Origin: an uncultured Actinomycetota bacterium
GTDB lineage: Bacteria; Actinomycetota; Actinomycetes; Actinomycetales; CAWJMD01
Length of the DNA: 64,000 nt
Assembly (NCBI GenBank): GCA_963750285.1
Contig: CAVVQA010000010.1
Location: forward strand, 113,058 to 177,057
Direction: 5' to 3'
In this document: positions 1 through 13,694 of the stretch, one piece after another
Position numbering within the stretch: position 1 is the stretch's first letter
Layout of the letters: the number at the start of each line of letters is the position of its first letter
The notes under the pieces: generated by a model
Seen by the model: only the letters and a program-made list of their open reading frames with translations
What the model was told of the DNA's origin: nothing
Databases searched by the model: none
Translations under genes and position numbers: made by a program

Positions 1-1303
1 CGCCGTCGGCCGCCCAGTCCCGCAGGTCGTCGACCATCGCCGAGGCGTCCTGCGCCGAGTCGGTCGCGACCGTGACCCGGGTGCAGGCCCGGTCGCCGTC
101 GGCCCAGGTGACGTACTCGTCGCCGGCCCAGCCCTCGAGCGGCAGCTCCTCCTCGTAGGGCAGCTCGGTGTACTCGTCCGGGTCCTCGATCGTGAGCAGG
201 CTCAGCACGTGCACGCCGAGGGACCCGCGGTCGAGCACGTCGGTGCCGGCGTCCTGGGCGGGGTCGGGGACGTCGACCGGATCGGCCTCCTCGGCGTCGC
301 CGTCGCGCCAGCCCTCCATGTCCCACAGCTGCTCGAGCGACGTCGGGGGCGAGGTCATGGCGTCGAAGCCGGCCTGCGGACCCTCGCTGCCCTCGAGCAC
401 GCTGACCGCCCAGCCACCCAGGTCGTAGGGCAACCACGACATGGCGGCGCCGAACGGCTCGTAGGCGCCCCCCGCTGGACCGCTCTCGTAGTACCGCGCG
501 GTGTAGTCGGCCCCCTGCTCCAGGAGCCAGTCCTGCTCCACCACGGTCGCCTGGCCCTCGATCACCGCGCTCAGGGCCTGGTAGGTCTCGTCGTAGTAGG
601 CGGTCCTGGCCGTGACGGCGTCCAGGTCGACCACCTGGTCCTGCAGCGCGTGCACGAGCTCGTGCAGCAGCGTGACCTCGACCATCGGGTTCCACTGCGT
701 GCCGCGGACGCGGACGATGCCGTCGGTGGCGTCGTAGAAGCCGACGACGCCGTCGGCGAAGCCGTCCTCGGCGTAGGCGTCGAACGCGTCCGGGTCGGTC
801 ACCAGACCGAGGGCGGTGACCGTCGCGGTCCAGTCGTCGGTGGGCAGCGACTCCGGCTCCACGGTGCCCTCGGGCACCGGTGCGAGCAGCGCCTCCTCGA
901 ACTCCTCGTCCGCGAGCACGACGACCTCGGGGACGGAGTCGAACTCGCGACCGGTGCGGTCCTCGATCCAGGAGACCAGCTCGGGCAGCCGCTCCGGCAC
1001 GACGTCCGCCGCCTGCCGACCGTCGTCGGTGCCGCTGTCACCGGGCTCGTCGAGGGACTGGACGGCCAGGGTGCCGGCGACGCCGAGGAGCACGCCGACC
1101 AGACCGGCGACCAGCGCCGTGACGAGCACGACGACCCAGGTCCGGCGCGGGGCCGGCGGCGCGGGGGCGAAGTACGGCTGCTGGACGTACGGCTGCTGGG
1201 GGTACGGCTGGCCGTAGGCCTGCTGCGGTGGCGCGGGCAGCGGCGCGGGGGGAGGCACGGGCGGAGGCACCGGCAGACCGGGCGGGGCGAAGGGGTCGGT
1301 CAC
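1..1303 (-). CDS. Membrane-anchored Pro-rich protein with HExxH motif (putative zincin-like metallopeptidase); 3' end lies beyond the window start
   Basis: Reverse-strand translation from a GTG near 1303 gives VTDPFAPPGLPVPPP..., a Pro/Gln-rich N-terminus, then a TM helix (VVVLVTALVAGLVGVLLGV), then ...LLHELVHALQDQ (HExxH). The reading frame is open to position 1. The ORF track only shows antisense GC-driven ORFs here. Confidence 0.45.
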   Translation of the reverse strand, partial: MTDPFAPPGLPVPPPVPPPAPLPAPPQQAYGQPYPQQPYVQQPYFAPAPPAPRRTWVVVLVTALVAGLVGVLLGVAGTLAVQSLDEPGDSGTDDGRQAADVVPERLPELVSWIEDRTGREFDSVPEVVVLADEEFEEALLAPVPEGTVEPESLPTDDWTATVTALGLVTDPDAFDAYAEDGFADGVVGFYDATDGIVRVRGTQWNPMVEVTLLHELVHALQDQVVDLDAVTARTAYYDETYQALSAVIEGQATVVEQDWLLEQGADYTARYYESGPAGGAYEPFGAAMSWLPYDLGGWAVSVLEGSEGPQAGFDAMTSPPTSLEQLWDMEGWRDGDAEEADPVDVPDPAQDAGTDVLDRGSLGVHVLSLLTIEDPDEYTELPYEEELPLEGWAGDEYVTWADGDRACTRVTVATDSAQDASAMVDDLRDWAADG

Positions 1304-1433
1304 CAGGGGCCTTCGGGTCGGGTCGGTCGGGGTCGGTCGGGTCGGAGCGAGCGGTACGATAGGGCTGTTCCGGCGTCGGTGATGCCGCTGGCCCAGAGGG
1401 GCCACGCCGGGTCGTCCTCTTTCGTCGACCCTT

Positions 1434-2906
<1,473 letters not shown>

Positions 2907-2921
2907 TCGCTCGCTGATCCT

Positions 2922-3476
2922 GTGCCACGCGGCACCTACCACCTGGCCGGCCGGCCCGAGGCGTTCTCCTGCGCCCCGGGACCGGCCGGTTGGCGTTACG
3001 TCTCCTCGACGCTGGACCTGGCCTGCGACAGCGCCTTCCGCGCCGTCCGGTTCGTCGTGACCGGTGAGGGCGGGCGGTCCGTGCGCGGTGGTGGGCTCCG
3101 GCTGGACGACGGCGCGCCGGTCCTGGTCTGGGCTCCCCCGACGACCCCGGCGCCGAGCGCACCACCGCGGCCACGGGTGTGCTCACCGCGTCGCCCGGGT
3201 CGGTGGTGGCGCTGCTGCGGTCGGTCTCGCCGCCCGGTGAGGCCGCGGCCGGCGCCGACCTCGAGGTGCTGCGGTTCGGGCCCGACGCGCTCGCCGGCCT
3301 GCGGGTGCGGTTGCGGGTCGCCCGGGTCGGTGCGCGTCCGGCACGACGCGCCGGACGGCGAGCTGCTCGACGAGACCTGGACCGTCTCCGACGTCGACAC
3401 CGGCCTGGTCAGCGAGATCCACCTGGCCGGCGACGTCGTGCTGCACGCCACCGCTGGCGTCCTGGACGACGAGATC

Positions 3477-3488
<12 letters not shown>
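2922..3488 (+). CDS. Hypothetical protein (copy 1 of a duplicated gene); internal frameshifts, and the C-terminus is replaced by junction sequence after 3476
   Basis: Begins MPRGTYHLAGRPEAFSCAPGPAGWRYVSS... 16 nt after the ahcY stop. The product is split over three frames (2922.., 3179.., and ..VRHDAPDGELLDETWTVSDVDTGLVSEIHLAGDVVLHATAGVLDDEI). The same unit recurs at 5373-5979. Confidence 0.4.
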
Positions 3489-5357
<1,869 letters not shown>

Positions 5358-5372
5358 TCGCTCGCTGATCCT

Positions 5373-5979
5373 GTGCCACGCGGCACCTACCACCTGGCCG
5401 GCCGGCCCGAGGCGTTCTCCTGCGCCCCGGGACCGGCCGGTTGGCGTTACGTCTCCTCGACGCTGGACCTGGCCTGCGACAGCGCCTTCCGCGCCGTGCG
5501 GTTCGTCGTGACCGGCGAGGGCGGCCGGTCCGTGCGCGGTGGTGGGCTGCGGCTGGACGACGGCGCGCCGGTCCTGGTCTGGGCTCCCTCCGACGACCCC
5601 GGCGCCGAGCGCACCACCGCTGCCACGGGCGTGCTCACCGCGTCGCCCGGGTCTGTGGTGGCGCTGCTGCGGTCGGTCTCCCCGCCCGGTGAGGTCGCAG
5701 CCGCGGCCGACCTCGAGGTGCTGCGGTTCGGGCCCGACGCGCTCGCCGGTCTGCGGGTGCGGTTGCGGGTCGCCCGGCTCGGGTGCGGTCCGGCACGACG
5801 CGCCGGACGGCGAGCTGCTCGACGAGACCTGGACCGTCTCCGACGTCGACACCGGGCTCGTCAGCGAGGTCCACCTGGCCGGCGACGTGGTGCTCCACGC
5901 CGCCGCCGGCGTCCTGGACGACGAGATCGAGCTGGCCGCCCTCGACGGCCCGCCGACGCTCTTCGGGAGTTGCAACTAG
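5373..5979 (+). CDS. Hypothetical protein (copy 2 of the gene downstream of ahcY), frameshifted
   Basis: MPRGTYHLAGRPEAFSCAPGPAGWRYVSS... is identical in its N-terminus to 2922-3488. The C-terminal part ...VVLHAAAGVLDDEIELAALDGPPTLFGSCN* is read in the 5539-5979 frame. In the ORF track the 5373 frame runs on through low-GC DNA into the next gene. Confidence 0.4.
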
Positions 5980-6105
5980 GGCGAACGGAGGATGCGGAGC
6001 GAATGAAAGTCGCAGATCCTGCAGGTTCATCGAGTCGAGCCAGCGTCCGGGAGATCTGCGTGTTGTTCTCAACGAGTCAGTTCTCGAAGCCATCTCGTCG
6101 CATCA

Positions 6106-6980
6106 TGGCCGCGACTGTGGCGGCACTCCTCGGAGCGGGCACCGTCCTCGTCGGCGCGCTCGCCGGTCCTGCGGCAGCGGCTGCCGACGTCACAGCTCCG
6201 GTGATCAGGACGAACGCGGCAGCGGCGTTCTTGACGGGCGGGGTGATCAGTCAGACCGTCGCCAGCGACGACTTCGACCGCTACAGCACGATCCCCATGG
6301 TCGTGAGGTGGACGGTTACGGACAACAGCAGCAGGATCTGCGCCTTCCAGATCTACGCCTTGACGAGCTCCGAGGCGACGTTCGAGCCAGAGGAGTACGG
6401 ACGCCTCCTGCTCTCCGTCCAAGCGCCGCGGGCGACTCCCTACGCGGACCAGGTCGTCGACTCGGTCATGGAGTACGACGGTGCACTCGGTGGCAGCGAC
6501 GACTCGCACCAGGGGTGGCACCTGAAAGCCCAGGACTGCACCGGAAACACCACAACGATCGACATCCGGACGAAGTACGAGACGGTCGTCACCCAGGAGG
6601 ACGGGCGCGACTCCAGCGAGCTCGTGGATCCTGGGACGATCTCCTACGGCGGCGCGTGGGGCACGACGTCATGCACCTGCGCGTCGTGGGGCGCGATGCG
6701 CAACACGTCGGCGAAGAACGCGAGCGTCACGTTCACCCGCACGTACGACCGCGACGACCACGTCGCCCTGGTGATGGCCAAGGGTCCGGGCCGCGGCAAA
6801 GCGGCTGTGTACGTCGATGGCGTCAAGGTCGCCACCGTCGATACCAACGCCAGGGTCAACACGAACCGGGTCATCGTGTTCGACCGGTGGATGACGGCCG
6901 GCACCCACACGGTCAAGGTGGTCAACCTCGCGACTGCTGGGCATCCGAGGATCGACCTGGACGCGGTGCTGTCGAACTAG
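6106..6980 (+). CDS. Secreted hypothetical protein, member 1 of a three-paralogue family (conserved C-terminal ~110-aa module)
   Basis: ATG ~6106 gives MAATVAALLGAGTVLVGALAGPAAAAADVTAPV, a Sec signal with an AxA site. Local GC is clearly lower than the surroundings. The C-terminal block ...WGTTSCTCASWG...ASVTFT...VYVDGVKVATVDTN...NRVIVFDRW..GTHTVKVVN...RIDLDAVL is shared with 57529-58347 and 58389-59318. Confidence 0.7.
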
Positions 6981-6991
6981 GGAGCCTCGGG

Positions 6992-8090
6992 TTAGCCCCC
7001 GGGCAGGGGTTCGACCTCGACGACCTGGCGGGTGCCGAGGGGGCTGGTCCACTCGTGGGCGGTCACGGTGCCGGTGCTGTTGGTGAGCGTGCGGCAGTGC
7101 CAGAGGGCGGCGGTCTTGTAGCGGTGGCACCGGCGCGATCTGGGGGACAGGTTCTGGACCGACGTCGGTCCGCGGGGGTGGGGGATGGTGTGGTCGAGGT
7201 CGCAGCGTGAGGCGGGGACGGAGCAGCCGGGGAAGGTGCAGACGGGGTCGCGAGCTCGGACGAAGTCCGCGATCTCGACCGTGGGCGTGTAGGCGTCGGT
7301 GTGGTGCCGCGGCTCGGGTTGCTTCTGCAGTGCACGCCGGGTCACTTGCGAGCAGAGCGGTTCTGGTCCAACCGTTCTCGGGCACCCGACCGATGCGGAG
7401 GAACCGGGTGAGGCGCCCGTCGCGGTCGGTGAGCAGGACGCAGGTGCTCGCGCCGCGGTCCAGTGCCTGGTCGGCGACGACGCGGGCGACGGCGGCGGTC
7501 ACGGGCACCGGTGACCCGTTGCCGCGGACCTCGCCGGTGCTGTGGCTGGTCGCGTCGTCGCTGGTCAGGGTGTCCAGGGTGATCACGACGCCGACCTCGC
7601 GCTGCACCCGACCCCCGGCCCGGCCGGCCGGGCCGGTGCCGTCGTCGCAGACGGCGTCGAACAGCAGGTCGAGCTCGGCCATGCCGCGGGTGCGTCCGGC
7701 CAGCTCGTCGCGGCTCAGCCCGCTGACGCGGGCCTGGCAGGTGGCGGCGATGGTCTGGACCAGCTCGGTGGGTCCGGTGACGGTCATCGTGGACAGGGCC
7801 GGGTTCTCCGGGTGCGTCCACACCGAGATCCCCGTGCGGCGGCGGACCTCGTCCCTGACCTGCTCCTCGTCGTCACGGCGGAGCGCGGCGACGGCGGTGG
7901 TGACCCGGCGGGTGAACCGCTCCGGGGTCGGCCCGTCCCACGGCCCCACGGTGCCGGTCCCGTCCAGCACCGGCGCCGGCAGCCCGTCCAGCACGACGGC
8001 CTCGACCTTGCGGGCCTGCCGGTCGGTCAGGTCGGAGGTGTGCTCGGCCATCGTCCGGGCACGGGCGACGTCGATCCGCCCGGCCTCCAA
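6992..8090 (-). CDS. HNH endonuclease of the DUF222 / REP13E12-like family, frameshifted near 7345
   Basis: The N-terminal DUF222-like region (8090 down to ~7345, ORF 6669-8090) continues in a different frame into a canonical HNH motif (6992-7345: CTFPGCSVPASRCDLDHTIPHPRGPTSVQNLSPRSRRCHRYKT). Confidence 0.6.
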
Positions 8091-8496
8091 CGCGCCCAGG
8101 GTGCGCGGTCAGCCTGGTGCACAGCGCCCGGGCCAGGATCACGTCCTGCTCGGCCCAGTAGGTGCTCAGCCCGGTCGCGGCCGCGACCTCAGCCGCGGCC
8201 TGCACGTCGAGGTCGTGCTCGGTGATCCGCCCGCACCCCAACGCATCACCCCGCGAGGCGTCACCCAGCCGGTAGGACTCCTGCGCGTGCACGTGCCGGG
8301 TGATCGCCCAGACCCGCCGCAGGTGCTCGGCCTGGTGCGCGAACCCGGCCAGCGAGTGCGCCCGCAGGTCCGCGACCAGCGCCGCACCGCGCCCCGATCC
8401 GTGATCCCCCGACCTCATGGAGAAAGGCTAGACGCCACCACTGACAGTTGTTTGCCGTCGGATGCCTGTCGACGTCCAACACGAGATGATGAGCCG

Positions 8497-8967
8497 ATGG
8501 CGACAGTGCACCTGTTGGTCGGGCTCAACGCGTCCGGCAAGACGACGCACGCCGAGCGGCTGCAGGAGCAGGAGCCGGCCGTCCGGTTCACGCTCGACGA
8601 GTGGGTGCTGCGTCTGTTCGGCACCGCCTACGACCACCCCGGCTACCCCGAGCAGGCTCAGCGGTGCCAGGACCTCATCTGGGACCTCGCGTGCCAGGTT
8701 CTGGCTGCCGGGACCGATGTCGTCCTGGACTGGAACCAGTGGAGCCGGAAGCGGCGCGACCACTGGCGCGACCGGGCGGACGCGCAGGGGCACGCGGTGG
8801 TCGTCCACTACCTGCCGGTGCCGGTGGAGACGGCGATCGCGCGCGCCGCGCAGCGGGAGAGCGGCGGCCGCCACCACGACCTCGACGCTGCGGCGGTCCG
8901 GCACCTGGCCCTGTTGCTCGAGGTGCCGACCGAGGACGAGGGCAGCGAGCTGCGGATCAGCCGGTGA
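8497..8967 (+). CDS. P-loop ATPase/kinase (AAA_33-like ATP-binding protein)
   Basis: MATVHLLVGLNASGKTTHAERL has a Walker A motif. It is about 156 aa and is the 3' part of ORF 7207-8967, in frame. Confidence 0.55.
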   Translation: MATVHLLVGLNASGKTTHAERLQEQEPAVRFTLDEWVLRLFGTAYDHPGYPEQAQRCQDLIWDLACQVLAAGTDVVLDWNQWSRKRRDHWRDRADAQGHAVVVHYLPVPVETAIARAAQRESGGRHHDLDAAAVRHLALLLEVPTEDEGSELRISR

Positions 8968-9860
8968 CGCGGACCGCGTCCAGGACGGCGAGCCGCACCG
9001 CCTCGGCGGCGGCGGCCTGCACGGTCGCCACGCCCATCACCCGCTGGGCGCCGGGCCAGCCGGCCTCCGACCTCGGGAGCCGCTGCGGCAGAGTCGATCT
9101 CGCCGGTCGCGAGGACGAAGACGGTGTCGCCGTCGCTCAGCGTGTGCACCGGGTCGATCGACCGCGCGAGCCCGTCGTGGCCGGCGCCGGCGGCCCGGGT
9201 CGCCTCGGCGACGTCGAGCCGGGCGTTCGTCACCACCACGGCCAGGGTCGTGTTCAGCGCCGCGTCGCCAGCCGGAGGAGCAGCACCACCCCCCACCACC
9301 CCCGCCGCGTTCACCACGGCCAGCGCAGCCACCAGCACGCCGCCCGGGAGCCGCACGAGCCCGTTCCCGACGCCGCCGGGCGCCGACCCGCGAGCCGTCC
9401 GCGCACCCGTCCCGGCGCCGACCGCACCCCGCGGGAGCGAGCCCGAGACAGCCGAAGCGGCTGCGGCGTGACCCATCTCGGCATCGGGTCGCGCGTCCCA
9501 GTCACCACCGCGCCCGAGGTCGAAGATGCACGCCGCGGGGACGATCGGCACCACGACCGGACGCCCGTCGTCGCGGACGCCGACCGGGAAGCCCAGACCC
9601 TGCTCCTCGCACCACCGCTGCACGCCGTGCGCCGCCACCAGCCCGTACGCCGACCCGCCGGTCAGCACCACGGCGTCGACCGTGTCGACGAGCGTGCCGG
9701 GGGCGAGGGCGTCGGTCTCGTGCGTGCCCGGACCGCCACCCCGCACGTCGACGGCACCGACCGTGCCGGGCGGCGGCACGACCACGGTCACCCCCGTCAG
9801 CCAGCCGTCCCCGGTGCGCTGCGCGTGGCCCACCCGGACGCCGGTCACCTCGGTGATCAC
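8961..9860 (-). CDS. P1/S58 (DmpA-type) aminopeptidase family protein, frameshifted near 9040-9070
   Basis: ORF 8808-9860 has DmpA-like motifs (AVDVRGGGPGTHETDAL, TGGSAYGL, DGDTVFVLATG). The true C-terminus MGVATVQAAAAEAVRLAVLDAVRVTG* is in another frame and ends ~8961. Confidence 0.55.
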
Positions 9861-9919
9861 CGGCCCATCGTGCCACCGACCCGTCGTGCCACCGGGCCGG
9901 TGCCGGTACGGTTCGTGAG

Positions 9920-10753
9920 GTGGCGACCGACACCGATGCCGGCCCGGACGTCGCCGCGCCGCCCGCGCTGTCCTGGCGCCTGGTGCCCGCGATCCTGATC
10001 GCCGCCTCGGGCCTGTCGCTGTTCGGTCTGCACTGGCGTCCGGGCGGGTACGTGGTGCTCGCGGCGGCCGTCGCCTCCGCCCTCGTCGTCGACCGGAGGC
10101 TGGCGCGCGACCTCGCCCTGATCGCCTTCGGCCTCGTCACCATCAGCCTGGTGCGCGTGAACACCGACATCTCGGTGGGCCACATGCTCGAGATGGGCCT
10201 CGCCCTCACCGTCGCCGTCGCCGTGCCGTACCTGGTGTCACGTCACCTGTACGGCGACCACGCCGATCCGGTTCCCGATCCGACGCGGCCACCCGTGGTC
10301 CCCAGCCGAACGCTCGTACCTCGTCGCCGTCCTCGTGCTCGGCTGGGCGATCCTGCCGGTCTACATGATCGGCTCCGGCGTCTACCGGAACTGGCCCGCC
10401 GCGTCCGACGTCGAGCACGATCGCCCGGCTGTTCGTCGGCACCAACGCCCTGGGCATCTGGGACGAGCTGTTCTTCATCTGCACCTGCTTCGCGCTGCTG
10501 CGCCGGCACTACCCGGACTGGCTGGCGAACCTCGTCCAGGCGGTGCTGTTCACGTCGTTCCTGTGGGAGCTGGGGTTCCACGCCTGGGGACCGCTGCTCG
10601 ATCTACCCGTTCGCGCTGGTGCAGGGCTGGATCTTCCGGCTGACGAGGTCGCTCACCTACATCGTGTGCGTGCACCTGCTGTTCGACCTGGTGCTGTTCC
10701 TCGTGCTCGTGCACGCGCACAACCGGCAGTGGCTCCCGCTGTTCGTCTACTGA
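9920..10753 (+). CDS. CPBP-family (CAAX protease / Abi) intramembrane metalloprotease, about three frameshifts
   Basis: Multi-TM protein. Pieces in three frames rejoin to give motifs WDELFF..LLRR, FHAWG and HLLFD/HAHN. ORFs 9920-10753, 10335-10643 and 10543-10986 are the fragments. Confidence 0.45.
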   Translation: MATDTDAGPDVAAPPALSWRLVPAILIAASGLSLFGLHWRPGGYVVLAAAVASALVVDRRLARDLALIAFGLVTISLVRVNTDISVGHMLEMGLALTVAVAVPYLVSRHLYGDHADPVPDPTRPPVVPSRTLVPRRRPRARLGDPAGLHDRLRRLPELARRVRRRARSPGCSSAPTPWASGTSCSSSAPASRCCAGTTRTGWRTSSRRCCSRRSCGSWGSTPGDRCSIYPFALVQGWIFRLTRSLTYIVCVHLLFDLVLFLVLVHAHNRQWLPLFVY

Positions 10754-10775
10754 GAACGGCCGCGGCAGAACGGGT

Positions 10776-11665
10776 TCAGTGGTCCGACCGAGCGCCGGCG
10801 TTCACCGACACGGTGCGGACGGCGCCGTCGGCGACGTCCCAGTCCTCCAGCACCTTCTCGTACGCGCCCGAGGCGACCATCGTCTCCAGCGTGGCCTGCA
10901 GGGCGTCACGCAGCTGCTCGCGGTCCCGGGCGACGGCGATGCCGTACAGGCCCGGCTCGTACTGGACGTCGGAGGCCAGCTGGTAGTCGGCCTGCGTCCG
11001 CTGCGCCGTCGCGAGGTAGGCGGCCGGTGGGTAGTCGTTCAGCACCGCGGCGGCCCGACCCGTGCGGACCTCCACCAGCGCGTCGTCGTTGGTGTCGTAC
11101 AGCCGGACGTCGATCGGCCTCCCGTCCGGGCAGCTGGCCTGCGTCCTGCCGACGAGGTCGACCTGGACGGTGCCCTCCTCGACCGCGACCACCTTGCCGC
11201 ACAGGTCGTCGAGGTCGCTGATGCCGGTCGGGTTGCCGCGCTGCACCACGATCGAGGTGCCGGCCGAGAAGTAGTTGACGAAGTCGACGGTGCCCTGGCG
11301 CTCCTTGGTGTCCGTGATCGCCGCGATGGCGATGTCGAACTCGTGCGCCTGCACGTCGCCGAGGATCGTGTCGAAGTCGGTGACCTCCAGCTCGATCTCG
11401 ACGCCGAGCAGCTCGCCCATCACCGCGGCCAGGTCGGGCTCGAAGCCGGTGACGGTGCGGCCGTCCGGTGCGAAGAACGACGCCGGCGCGTAGGAGGCGT
11501 CGGTGGCCACGTGCAGCACCCCGGCCTCGCGGACGTCGTCCGGGAGGAGGGCGTGCAGGCCGGCGTCGACGGTGGCCGAGGGGGCCGCGCCGGCCTCCGA
11601 GCCGGGGTCGGCGGGCGCGCAGCCGGCCACCAGGAGGGCGGCGGCAGCCACGACCAGCAGGACGG
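10776..11665 (-). CDS. Amino-acid ABC transporter substrate-binding lipoprotein (family 3 SBP)
   Basis: A GTG start gives MNRPVLLVVAAAALLVAGC with a lipobox. The body has the SBP_bac_3 fold (DFDIAIAAITDT..., GKVVAVEEGT, LNDYPPAAY). Confidence 0.7.
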
Positions 11666-11671
11666 GACGGT

Positions 11672-13630
11672 TCACGGCATGGCCTCCGACGAGGTGCGGG
11701 AGCGGGGTCCGAGGACGGGGTGGTCGAGCAGCTCTTCCCACCGGGTGGGGCGGGCGTACCAGTAGCCCTGCGCGGCGTCGCAGCCGATGCCGGAGAGCCA
11801 GTCGGCGGCCTCCGCGGTCTCGACGCCCTCCGCGGTGACGGTGAGCCCGAGGCCGTGGGCCAGCGCGACGAGCGAGCGGACCACCTCGCGGTCGGCCTCG
11901 TTCCCCTCGACGCCGGCGACGAAGCCGCGGTCGATCTTCACCTCGTCGACGGCCAGGGTGCGCAGGTGCGCCAGGCTCGCGTAGCCGACGCCGAAGTCGT
12001 CCAGGGCCGAGCGCACGCCGTAGCCGGCGAGCCGGTCGAGCACGGTGCCGGCGCCCACGGGGTCGATCCCGAGGGCGGTCTCGGTGACCTCCAGGTGCAG
12101 CCGCGAGCGGGGCACGCCGCTGGCGTCCAGGCGGCTGAGCACCTCGTCGGGGAAGGCGTCGTCGAGGTTGCGCACCGAGACGTTGACCGAGACCTCCCAG
12201 GGCGCGCCGGCCGCCGTCCACGTGGCGCAGTCCTCCAGCGCGCGGGCCAGCACCCAGCGGGTGAAGGGCTGCACCAGGCTCGACTGCTCGACGGCCGGGA
12301 CGAAGTCGGCCGGGTACACCAGGCCGCGCTCGGGGTGCTGCCAGCGCACCAGCGCCTCGAGCCGGGTCACCTCGCCGGTGACGAGGTCGACGACCGGCTG
12401 GTAGTGCAGCACCAGCTCGTCGTGGTCCAGGGCCCGGCGCAGCTCGGACTGCACGGCCAGGCCCCCGGCAGGCGCGGACTCGATCCGCGGGTCGTAGACG
12501 ACGATGCTGCTCGTGCCGCGCTTGCCCTGGTACATCGCGGCGTCGGCGGCGCGCAGCAGCGACTCGGTGTCGTGGCCGTCGCGCGGGTGCAGGGCCACGC
12601 CGAAGCTGGCCTCCACGGCGACGGGCACGCCGTCCAGCTCGACGCTCTCGCCGAGCGCGAGGCTGACCCGCACGAGCAGGGAGTGCACCTCCTCGGCGCT
12701 GGTGATGCCCGGCAGGACGAGGCCGAACTCGTCGCCGCCGAGCCGGGTGACGACGTCGTCGGTGCGCAGGGAGTCGGTGAGCCGGCGGGCCACCGTCTGC
12801 AGCAGCTCGTCACCGGCGTGGTGGCCGAGGGTGTCGTTGACCTGCTTGAACCGGTCCAGGTCGACCAGCACGACCGCGAGCTCCTCGTCGGCCCGGGTGG
12901 CGGCCTCCACGCGGTGCCGGAACAGCTCGCGGTTGCCGAGCCCGGTGAGCGGGTCGTGGACGGCGGCGTGCGCCGCCTGGGCGGCGTCGGCCCGCAGCCG
13001 CCGGGTGGTGGACCAGGAGATCAGGGCGAGGACGACGTACAGCGCGCCCAGCCCGACGCCGAGCCGCTGGAAGGTGCGGGTCGTGGCCGCGGCCACCTCC
13101 TGGGCGATCGCGTCGTACGGCAGCTCCAGCTCCAGCACGCCGACGGCCCGGCCGGAGGCGCCGGCGATGACGGGCTGCACCACCCGGATGCTGCTGGTCC
13201 CGGCGCGGTCGATCACCTCGACCCTGGTCGAGCCCTCGGTGGCGGCGACGAAGTCGGGGTCGGCCGCCGGCAGCGCGCCCCGGACCGAGTTGTCGTCGGA
13301 GAAGACCACCGCGCCGTCGAACGCGCGCAGCCGCAGCCGCACGACCGAGCCGCGGAAGATCGCCAGGTCGGTGGCGGCCTGCATCCGCCGCTCCTCGGCC
13401 GTGCTCAGCCCTTCGCCGTCGAGCAGCTCGCCGGACAGGGCGGGGGCGATGGCCATCTCCTCGATGACCGCGGCCTGCGCGCGCGCGGACTCCAGGCCGC
13501 GCTGGACGCCGTCCTGCCGGTTGCCGTGGGCGAGCACCGCGCCCAGCGCGAGGACGGGGACCAGGCTCGCCACGGCGTACGTGGCGAACAGCCGGGTCCC
13601 CGAGCTCAGCCCCGGGCGGGAGGTCCTCAT
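11672..13630 (-). CDS. GGDEF-EAL (diguanylate cyclase/phosphodiesterase) membrane-anchored signalling protein
   Basis: Starts MRTSRPGLSS... The GGDEF region reads RLGGDEFGL. The EAL region reads ELVLHYQPVVDL, with EVTE...DDFGVGYASL and KIDRGFV. Confidence 0.85.
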   Translation of the reverse strand: MRTSRPGLSSGTRLFATYAVASLVPVLALGAVLAHGNRQDGVQRGLESARAQAAVIEEMAIAPALSGELLDGEGLSTAEERRMQAATDLAIFRGSVVRLRLRAFDGAVVFSDDNSVRGALPAADPDFVAATEGSTRVEVIDRAGTSSIRVVQPVIAGASGRAVGVLELELPYDAIAQEVAAATTRTFQRLGVGLGALYVVLALISWSTTRRLRADAAQAAHAAVHDPLTGLGNRELFRHRVEAATRADEELAVVLVDLDRFKQVNDTLGHHAGDELLQTVARRLTDSLRTDDVVTRLGGDEFGLVLPGITSAEEVHSLLVRVSLALGESVELDGVPVAVEASFGVALHPRDGHDTESLLRAADAAMYQGKRGTSSIVVYDPRIESAPAGGLAVQSELRRALDHDELVLHYQPVVDLVTGEVTRLEALVRWQHPERGLVYPADFVPAVEQSSLVQPFTRWVLARALEDCATWTAAGAPWEVSVNVSVRNLDDAFPDEVLSRLDASGVPRSRLHLEVTETALGIDPVGAGTVLDRLAGYGVRSALDDFGVGYASLAHLRTLAVDEVKIDRGFVAGVEGNEADREVVRSLVALAHGLGLTVTAEGVETAEAADWLSGIGCDAAQGYWYARPTRWEELLDHPVLGPRSRTSSEAMP

Positions 13631-13694
13631 GGTGACCCATCGGCGCGAGACGGCCCCGGGTTGACGTCTGGACGGGTGGTTCGCCCCGAAGGGT

